Counted from the stretch's first letter, positions 1 to 22,354 are shown. The stretch: DNA of 64,000 bases from the human T2T-CHM13v2.0 reference genome, Homo sapiens (GCF_009914755.1 NC_060925.1); one strand, 5' to 3'. Numbers and translations: made by a program. Notes: generated from the letters alone by a model not told the origin.

Positions 1-684
1 CTAGATCACTAAAACTTTCTCCATATCAAAAATAACTTTTTTTTCTTTTATGTCATTCATGTGTTCACTGGATTAGCACCTTTAATTTCCTTCAAGAACT
101 TTTCCTTCTTATTCACAATTTGGCTAACCTGTTGGTAAAAGAAGCCTAGTTTTCAGCCCTATCTTGTCTTTCAACTTGTTTTCTTCACTTTGCTTACTCA
201 TGTCTAGCTTTTCATTTAAAATGAGAGATATGTGACTCTTTCTTTCACTCAAACACTTTAAGGCCATTGTGTGGTTATTTTTTGCCCTAATTTCAAAGTT
301 GTTGTATCTCAGGGAATAGGGAGGCTGAAGGAAGAGAGACAGGGGAAGAGCCAATTGGCGAAGCAGTTGTAACACACACAACATCTATTGATTAAGTCGG
401 TCATTTTATATGGGCACAATTTGTGATTCCCCAAAATAATTAAAATAGTAACATCGAAGGTCACTGATCACAGATTACCATATCATATATAATAATAGTG
501 AAAAACTTGGAATATTGAGATAATTATTAAAACATGGCACAGAGACATGAAGTGAACACATGCTGTTGGAAAATGATGTTGATAGACTTGCTTGACAAAG
601 CGTTGCCACAAACCTTCAATTTGTAAAAAGCACAATATCAGTGAATTATAATAAAGTGAGGTGCATTAAAATGAGGTGTGCCTG
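1..684 (-). mobile_element. Tigger1 DNA transposon (TcMar-Tigger), 5' end with degraded transposase N-terminus; runs off the window edge
   Basis: Minus strand begins CAGGCACACCTCATTTTAATGCAC (Tigger1 TIR) next to a TA. ORF 124..384 contains MALKCLSERKSHISLILNEKLDM, similar to the Tigger1/TIGD1 start MASKCSSERKSRTSLTLNQKLEM. Confidence 0.9.
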
Positions 685-2020
685 TATTTCTTCAAATTTT
701 GATCTCTTTACCTGATTTCTCACACCAGTCATTATATTAAAACCCTTGCTATTATAACAAATGAGATATAATTTACTTTTGATTATTACTGTCATCTGAA
801 AAAACATTAAGACTTAAACAAAAAGAAATAATATCAAATAGCAATTTATTAAGTTAAAAAAATTAAAAAATATTTAAAATGTACATGCATAAAGGCATTT
901 TGCAAAGCTAATACTAGATAAAATAGACTTCAGAAAAAACTTAGGAAGTGTTCTTATTCTACAAGGGAATACTCTTCTCGATGTTTAAAAATTCTAAAAG
1001 GAACTTTGGGGTTTTAAGAATTAGTGTTAGTCTTATTCCTCTTAGGGTTTAGAATTTGGATGAATGAAGTAGGGCATTGATTCAACACCTGTGATGTTTA
1101 ATTTTGTTTTGCTGTTTAGAATTACAGCTTGCAAGACTATCCATTGAGAGATTCTTCCTATAGTATATCTAAAAGGCTAAATGTTTCCTCTTGTGCTGAG
1201 TGAACTAATTTCCATTACTTTCTAGTGCCTTCCTGTTGTTAATCACCTGCAGACAACCACCTGTAGACAAGCAGCACTACATTTATGAATATAATAGTCT
1301 GTATATGTACTTTTCCATTCTTCTCTCACAAAAAAGTGTTTTCCTCCTGCTGTTCAATGCATTTTGAACATGTGTTGTTCTGTAAATTTAAAGAAAGGTT
1401 AAAAAGAAAATTAAACAAGATTCATCTGAAAGTATTGCAAGTTAGTACCATACACCTGGCACATAGTTTTTAAAACAACATAAGTTTATGGGAAGGAACT
1501 GCTTGATAAGGAGCAGAACTTAAAAAAAAAAAAAAGATGAGGAGAAGCCAGTGCATTGAAGATTAGATAAAATCTTGCAATGTGATACTGCTGGAAGAAA
1601 TGGAGAGGTAATGAGATAAGACAGAGCAAGGGAAAAACCAGGTAGAATATGGAAGAAAAAATTCCTAAGTATGAGGTCTGTTAGAGTGCTAAATATCTTT
1701 CTAAGTAACAATAGAAATTCTGTGCCCTGAATAATTTCAAAGTAGAGTAGGAAATTAGATTGAAAATATAATGTGGTGGCAAATGTTTAATGACTAAGGA
1801 GCAAGATGATAAAAGAAACAAACACACGCAAATTCAGAAAGTTGGATGATTCAAAACACAATAGTTTGAATTTACTGATTTCTTCTTATTAACAATAAAA
1901 ACATTTATGATATTTTACATTTGTAGAATGCTTTTATAAATTCTTCAAAACTTTCATCAACCAAAAAGAATGTGACTTAATTTTGTAAATATGTTGGAAA
2001 TCTGAGATTTACAGTTGAGA

Positions 2021-2198
2021 CTCTGTTGAGACCACAGCCTCCACTGACATCAGAATTACAGTTGGTGAGAGCCTGAGCAGAGCACCCAGTTTAGCTGTAC
2101 CCAGGCTCCTGATGCATGGAAATTGTGAGATAATAAATGCATGATTTTAGGGTGCTAAGTTTATGGTAATGCTATAGAGCAATGAAAAACCTAATGCA
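2021..2198 (+). mobile_element. MLT1-type MaLR LTR 3' fragment
   Basis: gaaattgtgagataataaatgc...gctaagtttatggtaat...gcaatgaaaaacctaatgca resembles MLT1 LTR 3' ends. Confidence 0.6.
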
Positions 2199-3517
2199 AA
2201 CATTAATGCTTAGTACAAGACAATGCTATTTAGAAGATTTTAGAAAGACTATTTAACTACTATAGTATTGAATGGAAATGGCTGATGCCAGAAAACTCTA
2301 CTTGCTCTCCTATCTGCTCACTTGTTAGTAACTTAATAACCTAAGACCATTTCCAGAACACATCTCTCATTTCAATCTCTGGTTAAATTAGTGTTGGAAC
2401 CTGTCCTCTTTTTTAAAAAATCTTGCTTTGGCCTCTGGGAAAGTCATTAGTAAAATAACTGATTCAATTTTTTAAATTTAAAAATGTATATTTCTTTTCT
2501 TAAGAGTAATAATCAGAAAGTAATTTAAGAGAATCTCAAATCTTATCTTTGTCCTAAGTGTTATGTAAATGTGTTTTAAAATGCTCTGTTGACAAATGCC
2601 ATATATGAAAAGCCCACAGTTAATATCATACACAATAGTGAAAAATTAAAAGCTTTACCTCAAAAATAGGAACAAGACAAAGATGTCCCCTCTTGCCACT
2701 TTTATTCAGCACAGTATTGGAAATCCTGGTCAAAGCAATTAGGCAACAAAAATGAAAAAAGGTATTCAAATAGAAAAGGAAGTAAAATTATCCTTGTTTA
2801 CAGATGACATGATTTTATACAAAGAAAACCATAAATACTCCACCAATAAATTGTTAGAACTAATAAACAAATATAGTAAAATTGCAGAATACAAAATGAA
2901 CATACATAAAATTAGTTGCATTTCTATATACTAACAATGAGATATCTGAAAATGAAATTAAAAAAAGCAATCCCACTTGCAGTAGCACTAAAAAAAACTT
3001 AGAAATAATAAATAAAATTAAATACTTGTACTCTGAAAACTACATTTATTAAAGAAATTGGACACTAATACATGGAAAGACATCTTGTGTTCATGGATTG
3101 GAAGACTTAATATTGTTAAAATGTTTGTGCCATCCACAGTGATCTTTAGAGTCAACAAAATTATGGCAAAATCTCAATGGCATTTTCTACAGGAAAAGAA
3201 AAATGACAATACCCAAATTCATACGGAACCACAAAAGATCCTGAAGAGCCAAATCCTTGAGAAAAAATAACAAAACTAAATACATTATACTTTCTGATTT
3301 AAAGGTATATTACAAAATTATCGTAATTAAAACAATATAGGACTAGCATAAAAACAGATGTATAAACTGATGGAACAGAGTAGAGATCTCAGAAATCAAT
3401 CCATACACATGTGGTCAACTGATCTTGGACAAGTGTGTGAAATTATATCCAGTGGGGAAAGAATAGCCTCTCAATAATGGTGCTGGGAAAACTGGATATC
3501 CTATGCAAAAAAGGAAA

Positions 3518-3841
<324 letters not shown>

Positions 3842-4673
3842 ATAGATTTTTATACTATACACTAAAATCAACTCAAAATTGATTAAAATCTTAAATGTAG
3901 GACCAAAAATTGTAAGACTCCTGGAAGAAAATTTAGGGAAAAACTTCACAGTATTGGTCTCAGCAATGACTTCATGGGTATGACACCAAAAGCACAGGCC
4001 ATAAAAGCAAATATAAACAATACTATATCATACTAAAATGTTTCTGCATAACAACAAGGAAACAATCAACAGAGTAAAAAGGCAACCTGTGTGATGGAAG
4101 ATAATATTTGCAAACCATATACCTAATAAGAAATTAATTTCTGAAATATATAATAAATGTCTACAACTCAATAGCAAACATATGCATACATACACAATAC
4201 ATTCCCCCACACCCAAACACTAATAACCTAATTAAAATAGGCTAAATAATTGAATAGATACTTTTCCAAAGAAGATACACAAATGACTGACAGACATAAG
4301 AAAAGATGCTCAACATCACTAATTATCAGGGAAATACAAGTCAAAATCAATGGGATATCACTTTATGCTTGTTAGTATGGCTCTTATAAAACACAATTAC
4401 ACAAGCATACACACACAAAGAAAATAAGCATTGAGGAGGATGTGAAGAAATTGAAACAGTTGTGCACTGTTGGTAGGATTGTAAAATTGTGCAGCTGTTA
4501 TGAAAAATAGTACGGATATTCCTCAAAAAATTAAAAAATAGAAGTGCCTCATGATCTAGCCTTTCTACTTTTGGTTATTTATCCAAAAGAATTAAAGTCA
4601 GAAACTCAAAGATATATCAGCACTGCAGTGTTCATTGCAGCACTATTCACAATAGCCAAGTTGTGGAAGCAAT

Positions 4674-4937
4674 CTAAATTTCCATCAATGGATGACTATA
4701 TAAAGAAAATATGATACATGCATTAAAAAGACTATTATTCAGCCTTACGAAAGAAGGAGACCTAAATTTCCAGCAATGGATGACTATATAAAGAAAATGT
4801 GATATGTGCATTAAAAAGAATATTATTCAGCCTTACAAAAGAAGGAGACCTAAATTTCCATCAATGGATGACTGTATAAAGAAAATGTGATATATACATG
4901 AAATAGAACATTATTCAACCTCACAAAAGGAAGAGAT
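4674..4937. repeat. Tandem triplication, 88-bp unit, inside the L1
   Basis: ctaaatttcc...aatggatgact starts at 4674, 4762 and 4850 (period 88). Confidence 0.9.
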
Positions 4938-6189
4938 TCTGCAATATGCAATAATATTGAGAACACTATCCTAAATGAAGTAAGCCAGTTACCAAAGAAC
5001 AAATACTGCATAATTCAATGTATATAAGGTGTCTAAAAGAGTAAAATTCATAGAATCAGAAAGCAGAATGATGCTGTTCAGGGGTTGCAGCAAGGGGAAA
5101 ATTGGGAGTTGCTAATCAATGGGCATAGAGTATCAGTTTTGCAAGATGAATGTATTCTAAAGATCTGATGTATAACATTAGTCCTATAATTAACAATACT
5201 GTATTGTACTTAAATTTTTTTGAAAGGGTAAATCTTATGGCAAGTGTTCTTACCATAATAAAATAAAAATTTAAAAATCCGATTAATATAATAAATAATT
5301 TTAATACATATAAAAACACTGTCAACTTGTGTTGGCATTAAAGAACATAAGAATTAATATTAAGTGTTTAGTTGTTTTGTTTTATTCCCAAATAAATAAG
5401 GATTGTTTTACTATTCATATTTTATAAAGTTATAACTTTATATAAAATTCCTTAGTATTTCATAAACCAATCACTTATAGCTATTTTAAAACCAAATAAA
5501 TAGAGGAGGAAAAAGTAAGTGAAAGTTAGGATGAAACTATGTCCTTAATTATCATTTGTGATGCGGTTTCTTTTAGGCAAATTTTTCAGTTTTTCATTTG
5601 ACTCTACATACTTTTAAGTGGGCAAGAGAGATAAGATACTGACATGAGAGTCAGAGCAGCATTTTAATACAAGAGCAAAATATCAGATAATTGGAGATTT
5701 TTCATCTGTCCCACAACAAATGTATCTAAGTAGACCAAAGATCTGATGGAAAAAGAAGAGCAGGCAATGCTATGAGATATCCAAGGGAGGCAGCAGATCC
5801 TATGATGTCATTTGACTGAATCTTAAACATGTGGAAGACACTGATATGAAGATAACTAGATACATATTTTACTAATGTTTTTGCTTAGGACCCAAGTTAT
5901 ATTTTTCTCTGGAGTACTTGTGTGATATTAGGAGTAAGGGGTGGTGGTATTAATGGTGTGTGTGCTTGTGCATATGTGTCTGTGTGTGTGTGATAAGGAG
6001 TGACTTAGAAAATATGACAATTTGACTACTTTTCTCAAAGTAAAAAAAAATAATAAGCTATACTTTGGGCTTAGGTGTCTGTAACATTAACTGTTGCTCT
6101 TACAGAAAAAAAAATCACATTGAGTGTGAAACATGAGCATAAATTGCATGAACTTCTTTGCATTATGGCAATATTAATAATAACAATAA

Positions 6190-6385
6190 TAATGATAGTC
6201 ACCATTGATTATCTACTTTGTGCCAGTCCTATGGGACTTTCATATTTTGCCTAACCCTGACATACCATCAATGAGGTAGATAATATTAGACACATTTTTC
6301 ATTTTAAGAAATAAAAGCTGAGAAAGTTTAAATAACTTATGATAAATTACACATCTACTAAATGTAGAGTCAGGAATTTGAATAA
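6190..6385 (-). mobile_element. MIR SINE (degraded)
   Basis: tgaggtagataatatt...gctgagaaagtttaaataactt...caggaatttgaa matches the MIR core. Confidence 0.55.
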
Positions 6386-6469
6386 GATTTGTTAGGTATG
6401 AATAATTCAGATAATTTTATGAACTTGTTAAAATAACTATTTTGGCCTATAGAAAAATATTTTTTATAG

Positions 6470-7563
6470 GCACTTGATACAATACACCATCCTTTTATTA
6501 TAAAAACAGTCAACAAACAAGGTATTGAAGGAACATACCTCAAAATAAGAGCCAATTATGACAAATACACAGCCAACATCATGGTGAATGAGCAAAACCT
6601 GGAAGCATTTCCCTTAAGAACAAGAACAAGACAAGGATGCTCCATTCTCACCACTCCTATTCAATACAGTACTGGAAGTTCTAGCCAGAGCAATTAGGCA
6701 AGAAAAAGCAATAAAAGGCATCCAAATAGGAAAAGAAGGAGTCAAATTATCCCTCTTTGCTGATGATATGATTCTATACCTAAAAAATCTTGAAGACACT
6801 GACAAAAGGCTCCTAGAACTGATAAACAACTTCAGCAAAGTTTCAGGATACAAAATCAATGTACAAGAATCAGGAGCATTTTTATACATCAGTAACATTC
6901 AAGCTGAGAGCCAAATCAAGAATGCAATACCATTTACAATAGCCACAAAAAAATAAAATTACCTAGAAATACATCTAAGCAAGGAGACGAAAGCTCTTTA
7001 CACTGAGAACTACTAAACGCTACTCAAAGAAATCATAGATGACACACACAAATGGAAAAACATTGCATGCTCATGAATAGGAAGAATCAATGTCTTTAAA
7101 ATGGCTGTACTGCCCAAAGCAATCCACAGATTTGATACTATTCCTATCAAACTACAAAGGTCATTTGTCAACAAAATTAGAATAAACTATTCTAAAATTC
7201 ATATGAAACTACCAAAAACCTCTAATAGGCAAGGAAATCTTAATCAAAAAGAATAAAGCCAGAGGCATGACATTACCAGACTTCAAACTATACTTTAAGA
7301 CTACATTAACCCAAACAGAATGGTACTGGTACAAAAACACACATATAGACCAATGAAACAGTAGAGAGCCCAGAAATAAAGCCACACACCTACAGCCATC
7401 TAATCTTTGACAAAGTTAACAAAAATAAGCAACAAGAAAAAGACTCACTATTCAATAAATGGTGCTATTTATTAATAATAAATAGCCATATTTAGAAAAA
7501 TAAAACTGGACCCCCACATTTCATCATACACAAAAATTAACTCAAGATGGTTTAAAGATTTAA
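6470..7563 (+). mobile_element. L1PA15/16-like ORF2 fragment
   Basis: ORF2 remnants [33 protein letters not shown]; the fragment ends abruptly at tttaaagatttaa. Confidence 0.8.
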
Positions 7564-15410
<7,847 letters not shown>

Positions 15411-15810
15411 GTATAACAAGTACCTAGTCACTGCATTATTGTAACAAATGTTAAATAAATGTACACTTATAAATTTGTTTTAATAAAAGTTTTTTTGGGA
15501 TAATTTCATATACCATAAAATTCACCCATTTAAAAATGTGAAATTTAATGGTTTTTAGTGTATTTACAGAGTTGCACAATCATCATTAAGATAATCAATT
15601 TTGAAATGTTTTCATCAACTCAAAAAGAAACCCCATACTTATTAGCAGTTACTCCCCATTTCTCCAATCTCACCCCACCACAAACCCTAGGTAACCACTA
15701 ATCCACCTTCCGTCCTTACAGATTTGCCTATTCTGGATATCTCCTATATAAGAAATTACACAATATGTGGTCTTTTGTGACTGGCTTCTTTTATTTAGCA
15801 TAATGCTTTT

Positions 15811-16134
<324 letters not shown>

Positions 16135-16676
16135 TAATGTTTTTAAGGTTCATACATGTTTTTGCATGTGTCAGTACTATTTTATTGGCAAATAATATCC
16201 CATTGTGTGCATATATCACATTTTACTTTTCCATTCTTCAGTTGATGAACATTTGGCTTATTTCCAATTTTTGACTGTTGTGAATGGTGGTGTTATGAAC
16301 ATTTGTCAACAAATTTTTGTATACATGTAGATATGTTTTTATTTCATTTGAATATATACCTAGGATTAGAATTAGTGAGTCATATAGTAACTCTATGTTT
16401 AATGTTTTGAGGAATTTCCAGACAGTTTTCCAAAGCAGCTGTGCCATTTTACCTCCATCAGCAATATATGAGGATTTTAATTTTTCCACATTTTTGCCAG
16501 GACTTGCTATTATTTCGTTGCTTTGATTATAGTCATCTTAGTGCATACTATACGGTGTTCCCATATGGTTTTGATTTGCATTTTCCTGATGGCTAGTGAT
16601 GTTGAGCATCTTTTTTCATCTGTTTACTGGCCATTTGTTTATCCTCTTTGGAGAAATGTCTTTTAAGATCCTTTGC

Positions 16677-16985
16677 GGCTGGGTGCGGTGGCTTACACCT
16701 GTAATCCCAGCACTTTGGGAGGCAGAGGCAGGCAGATCACGAGGTCAGAAGTTCGAGACCAGCCTGGCCAATATGACGAAACCCTGTTTCTACTAAAAAT
16801 ACAAAAATTAGCCGGGTGTGGTGGCACGCACCTGTAGTCCCAGCTACTCAGGGAGCTGATGCAGGAGAATTGCTGGAACCCGGGAGGTGGGGATTGCAGT
16901 GAGCCGAGAACACACCACTGCACTACCGCCTGGGCAACAGAGTGAGACTGTGTGTCAAAAAAAAAAAGAAAAACAACAACAAAAA
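16677..16985 (+). mobile_element. AluSg-like
   Basis: Full Alu; TSD aagatcctttgc at 16665-16676 and 16986-16997. Confidence 0.92.
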
Positions 16986-17429
16986 AAGATCCTTTGCACA
17001 TTTTTCAATTGGGTTGTGTTTTTATTATTGAGTTGTAAGTGTTCTCTATATATTCTGGATACAATTCCATGACCAGACATGATTTGCAAGTATTTTCTCT
17101 TATTCTGTGGGTCATCTTTTCACTTTTGTCATGGCTTTGAAACTTTGAAGCACAAAGTTTTTTATTATTTTCTTTAGTTGTTTGTGTCTTTGATGTTATA
17201 TCTAGGAAACTATTGTCTAATCCAAGTTCACAAAGATTGATGCTTTTATTATGTTTTAAGAGTTTCATGGTTTTATCTCTTTCATTTAGTTCTTAGAACC
17301 ATTGTCAGTGAAATTTTTTGTATGATACGAAGTAGAAGTAAAAACTTGTTATTTTGCATGTGGATGTAATTTGCCCTAACCGTTTTTTTTGGTAAGTGTT
17401 TAATTTTGACAAATTACATTATATCATTT

Positions 17430-18500
17430 AAGAAAACTATAGAGCTTTTCACAGCAAAAGAAATTATCAACGGAGTAAATAGACAACCTATAGAGTGAGA
17501 GGAAATATTTACAAATTGTGCATACGACAAAGGTCTAATATTTAGAATCTACATGAAACTTAATACAACAAGCAAAAAGCTAATAATCTCATTTAAAAGT
17601 GGATAAAGGACATGAACAGACACTTCTCAGAAGAAGACATACTAGCTGCCAACAAACGTGAAAAACAAGCTCAACATCACTAATCATCAGAGAATGCAAA
17701 TCAAAACCAGAAAGAGATATCATCTCACACCAGTCAGAATGGTTATTATTAAAAGTCAAAAAATAACAGATGTTGGCAAGGCTGCAGAGAAAGGAGAATG
17801 CACATACGCTGTTGGAATAAATGTAAATTTATTTTTTAATATTAATTTATAAATGTAAAAAATATTATTTATAAATGTAAATTAGTTCTGCCACTGTGGA
17901 AAGCAGTTTGGAGATTTTTCAAAGAATGTAAAATATAACTTTCAACCTAGAAATCCCATTACTGGGTATATATAGTTCTTCCAAAAAGACACATGCACTT
18001 GATTATATCTGCACTATGCATAGTAACAAAGACATGGAATCAACCTGAGTGTCCATCAATGGTGGACTGAGTAAATAAAATATGGTACATATGCATCATG
18101 GAATATGCATGCAACCATAAAAATGTATGCATTTTTAGTATGCAACCATAAAAAAAAATTGTAACCTTTGCAGCAACATAGATGCAACTGGAGGCCATTA
18201 TTCTATGCGAATTAATGCAGGAACAGAAAACCAAAAACCACATCTTCTCATTTATAAACAGCAGCTAAGCTTTGGGTATATATAGACAGAAAGATGAGAA
18301 CAATAGACACTAGCAATTACTGGAGGGGAAGAAGATAAAGAGGGGCTGAGAAATCTACCTATTAGGTACCATGCTCATTAACTGGGTGATAGGATCATTT
18401 GTACCCTAAAACTTAGCACAATGAAATGTACCCATGTAACAAACGTGCACATGTACTCACTGAATCTAACATAAAAGTTGAAATTTTAAAAAATACTTTA
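17430..18500 (+). mobile_element. L1PA16-like 3' end
   Basis: ORF2 C-terminus (MQIKTRKRYHLTPVRMVIIK) and 3' UTR ending gaatctaacataaaagttgaaatt. Confidence 0.8.
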
Positions 18501-18759
18501 AAAAAAGCAAAATGATAAAATAAATGAAAACAAACATTTTAAGAATTCATCAATGTATCTTAACAAAGAAGGCTTAATAGAACACTCATAAGCAAGCATG
18601 TGAAAATTATGAGTCAGATAGATGTGTTTTAATCCCAGTTTCAGTCACAGTCAAGCTTCTAGGAAAGTTTTATCCATTAAGTCTTTTCCATTAAACAGCC
18701 CATCCAGTCCTCAATCTACTGTAACACGGCTAATTGCTTTCTGCATTTAAAATTTTCTA

Positions 18760-19200
18760 TAATTGAAATTATCTGTGAATTCCTAATTGCCAAATCTAAT
18801 AAATAATTTTCCTTGTTATATAGCCCACACTTTCTCAAATATTTTACTCTACCAACTACCCCAATTGAAATTTGTTCCTCCTTTGGCTTTTGTGATGCCA
18901 ATTATTCTAAACATTTCTTCTAAATCTAGGGCCAGTCCTTGCTCTCATTTTTGGTTTCTTCTTCCTTTGTCTTATATTTAAACGTTAGTGTTATCCAGAG
19001 TTCTATCTCAGTTTTCTCCTCCTCTCTTCTATATATTCTTCCTGGAAGATGATTTCCAACTTTTCCTTTAGGGGCTACTTGACCACTGATGATACCTAGT
19101 AACATTCTGTACTATATATTAACAGAGCCAAAGTTTACTTAAAATCCATTCATGGATGTTTTCCTATTGAACTCATGATCTCTTCCCCACCTACAATCTC
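18760..19200 (+). mobile_element. L2 LINE fragment (degraded)
   Basis: Pyrimidine-rich L2 motifs (ttgccaaatctaat; cctttggcttttgtgatgcc; ttgaactcatgatctcttcccc). Confidence 0.5.
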
Positions 19201-19473
19201 TGGATCTCTTTGTTTTACATTTAGTATAGAGTAAGGGCTAAAAGTATATATATATATATATATATAAAACAGAATTAATACTTTTAAAGGTGTTTGTTCA
19301 ACTGGAAAGTGAATGATGATTGCCATATTTCTTTCTATATCACAAATATTCCTTTCAGAATAATAAACAAGAACCTCATGGGCTTCAAGGATCACTTAAA
19401 TATTTGATCAAAATGAGCAGTTATTTCTTCACAAGGAATAGTTTCAAGAAAAATTATTAAAAGCAAAATTTTT

Positions 19474-19774
19474 TTCTTAATTTTTTTCTTTTTGAGATGG
19501 AGTCTTACTCTTGTTGCCCAGGCTGGAGTGCAATGGCGCAATATTGGCTCACCGCAACCTCCCCTCCTGGGTTCAAGCGATTCTCCTTCCTCAGCATCCT
19601 GAGTAGCTAGGATTACAGGCATGCGCCACCATGCCCGGCTAATTTTGTATTTTCAGTACAGACAGGGTTTCTCCATGTTGGTCAGGCTTGTCTTTAACTC
19701 CTGACCTCAGGTGATCTGCCCACCTCGGCCTTCCAAAGTGCTGGGATTACGGGCATAAGCCACTGTGCCTGGCC
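19474..19774 (-). mobile_element. AluSp
   Basis: Diagnostic ctcttgttgccc and ctcaccgcaacc; TSD aaaattttt on both sides. Confidence 0.9.
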
Positions 19775-19864
19775 AAAATTTTTACTTTTATTTCAGTGCT
19801 CTAATCTCCAGGAATATAGTGACCTCAAACGATCCCTTAATAATTGTGATAAGACTCTAATCAG

Positions 19865-20085
19865 ATGTCTTAGGTAGTTATTGCCACAATACTGCTGCAT
19901 AACACACAACCCAAAAAATACAATATTTTTTCTCAGTCACCTATCATAGATTGGCTGAAATAGAATTATTTTGCCTGTGTTTGGCTTGGTTTGGCTCCAA
20001 GCTGTCGTTGGGTTCAGATTTGCTTCACATATTCTTATTCTTTTTTGAACAAGAAGACCGACCAAGGCATGTTACTTTCATGGCA
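19865..20085 (-). mobile_element. Old MLT1 (H-K type) LTR fragment
   Basis: agttattgccacaatactgctgcataaca...gggttcagatttgcttcacat...ggcatgttactttcatggca. Confidence 0.5.
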
Positions 20086-20464
20086 ATTTGTCACAGTTGA
20101 GGTACTTTATAGAGTGCTGAGAATATAGAGAGAAAGATAAAAAATGGAATGTTTATATTAGAAGCCCTTCACAATGGAAAAGACATTTGCTCTGGACCAT
20201 GAAGGATGGGAAAGTAAAATTAGCCAATCAGAAAATAATACCCAATTATTCATGATAAGGTATAATATTATTTCTGTTAGCTTAAATAATTTATTATGTT
20301 AACTGAAGGAGGATGCTTTAAGTTTTAACAGAAAAGGCATGTAAACCACAATCTCAACTTACAGAAATGACTATTACAAAATTTTTCAAGCAGGCAGGTG
20401 GACCCTTCTGGCACTGAGATAATTCATGTTAGAAGGCATGTAGCACTTTGAATTAAAGGACACT

Positions 20465-20760
20465 CAAAGGCAAACCAGTGGCCTGGGGCCTGAATAAATC
20501 TTACTGGAGCATTTGGTTTATGCTGAATAATATTTTATTAAGAATTTGAACAAATAATTTACTATAGTGCAATTTCAAATAAAAATTCGAGTTTCTGGAA
20601 ATGTTGTGTCTGTATTCCAACATGAAAAGAATTGGCTAAAGCTGAGTGGTAGTTTCCTAACAGAACATAAAAGCCCTGTATACTTCCTAAGTGACTCCAG
20701 ATCCCACAAAGTTCTATTGCGTCCTTTTACTCAGAGATAGATTGTTAGTTCTTTATTTCC
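20465..20760. mobile_element. MER102-like hAT-Charlie fossil
   Basis: ggcaaaccagtggcctggggcc...aattggctaaagctgagtggtag resembles MER102. Confidence 0.45.
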
Positions 20761-20904
20761 ATAGACCATGGATTTTTTTTTTCTGGTAGAGGAGGAATAG
20801 TTTTCTGTCTTTTATCAAAAATGGACAAATAAAAGATATACCAAAAAGACCCATGTGCTTCAAGTAAAATGGAAGGAAGAATATTTGTGAGGACTAATTC
20901 TCTT

Positions 20905-21078
20905 TTTTAAAAATTTTTTTAAAATTATTATACTTTAAGTTCTAGGGTACATGTGCACAGCATGCAGGTTTGTTACATATGTATACATGTGCCATGTTGG
21001 TGTGCTGCACCCATTAACTCATCATTTACATTAGGTATTTCTCCTAATGCTATCCCTCCCCGCTCTCCCCACCCCACA
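20905..21078 (-). mobile_element. Very short (~170 bp) 5'-truncated L1PA5-like insertion
   Basis: L1PA 3' UTR only; TSD actaattctctt at 20893-20904 and 21079-21090. Confidence 0.92.
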
Positions 21079-21752
21079 ACTAATTCTCTTATTATGCATG
21101 TGAAAAGTGGTGACAGTTGTGATAGAGAGAAGGCATTATTATGAGGCTTTCCAAAAGCCGTACCACCTTAGTTTTATGCTTTCTGCTCTTACTGCCACTG
21201 CCACTGCAGCAGATAACTCTCAATACATGTTATCACAATGCAGCATTAAATAGTTCCCGGAAATTAGTCACCCAAAACCGAGATTCTCAAATCCCAGTTC
21301 AAAAAATTGCATTATCCTCTTAGAGCCTACTTCCCTACTATAATCTGCATGTTTTGAATTTTTAGTCTATTCAAATATTCTGGACAAGGCTATACTGACA
21401 GCAATCTTTTGTTATTTCTCTTCCTATAGCATCAGTATCAGAGACATGGGAAATGTTGATTTCTGAGGAAACATGTTTTATGTTGGACCTAATATACAAA
21501 GAGGTATTTCAAACTGAGGCAAATATTTTAATACCCAAAACAGTTGCATAGTCTTGGGAAGCATATGAAATAATGAAGTTCCCATTCAAATTTTAAAATC
21601 TTTAGCCTTTGACAGAAAATATATTTATCTATCTCCAAAGACAATGAAATGCAAAATCTAATCAAGCTGTCAACCTGGGTAGGAACTATCAATATATAGA
21701 GTAGATGCAAATGAATCTAGAGACACAGATATAGCATGACAATTTATAAATA

Positions 21753-22186
21753 CAGTTGATAACATGGGTTTGAACTACCTGTGTCCACTTATTTTCTTTT
21801 ACCTCTGCCATCCCTGAGACAGCAAGACCAACCCTTCCCCTGCCTCCTCCTCTTCAGCTTACTCAACTTAAAGACAAAAAGGATGATGAATTTTATGAGG
21901 ATTCAATTTCACTTAACAAATAGTAAATACATTTTCTTTTCCGTATGATTTTCTTAATAACACATTCCTTTCTCTAGCTTACCTTTATGTTAAGAATACA
22001 GAATATAATACATATAATATACAAAATAAGCATTAATTGATTCTTTATGTTATCCTTAAGGCTTCCAGTCAACATAAGCTATTAGTAATTAAGTTTTGGG
22101 GGAGTTAAATGTTTTATGTGGATTTTGGACTGCACGGGGAGTGGGGATCAGTGTCCCTAACTTCCACATTGTTCAAGGGTCAACTG
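21753..22186. mobile_element. Tigger2a (MER28) non-autonomous DNA transposon
   Basis: TA-CAGTTGA...TTGTTCAAGGGTCAACTG-TA termini and the characteristic internal cctgagacagcaagaccaaccc. Confidence 0.88.
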
Positions 22187-22354
22187 TATGGTAAATTTGT
22201 AAAGTTAGCCCTCTAAATTTAAAGAATGTCAAAAATATTTCTCAGTGGGGAGAGAAGAAGGCATTTTTCAGTCTTAGAAAGATTTAGAATTGGATATAAA
22301 AAAATGTGAAAGACTCAAACTCATTAACATTATATTCTTTAGTAAAGAATGGGA

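Noticed and set aside
1244-1270. Paired CACCTG E-boxes in a 14-bp tandem duplication
   Set aside because: Too short to distinguish from simple slippage; no other regulatory evidence.
4674-4937. Regularly spaced repeats as a CRISPR-like array
   Set aside because: Whole units are duplicated with no unique spacers, and the context is a eukaryotic L1.
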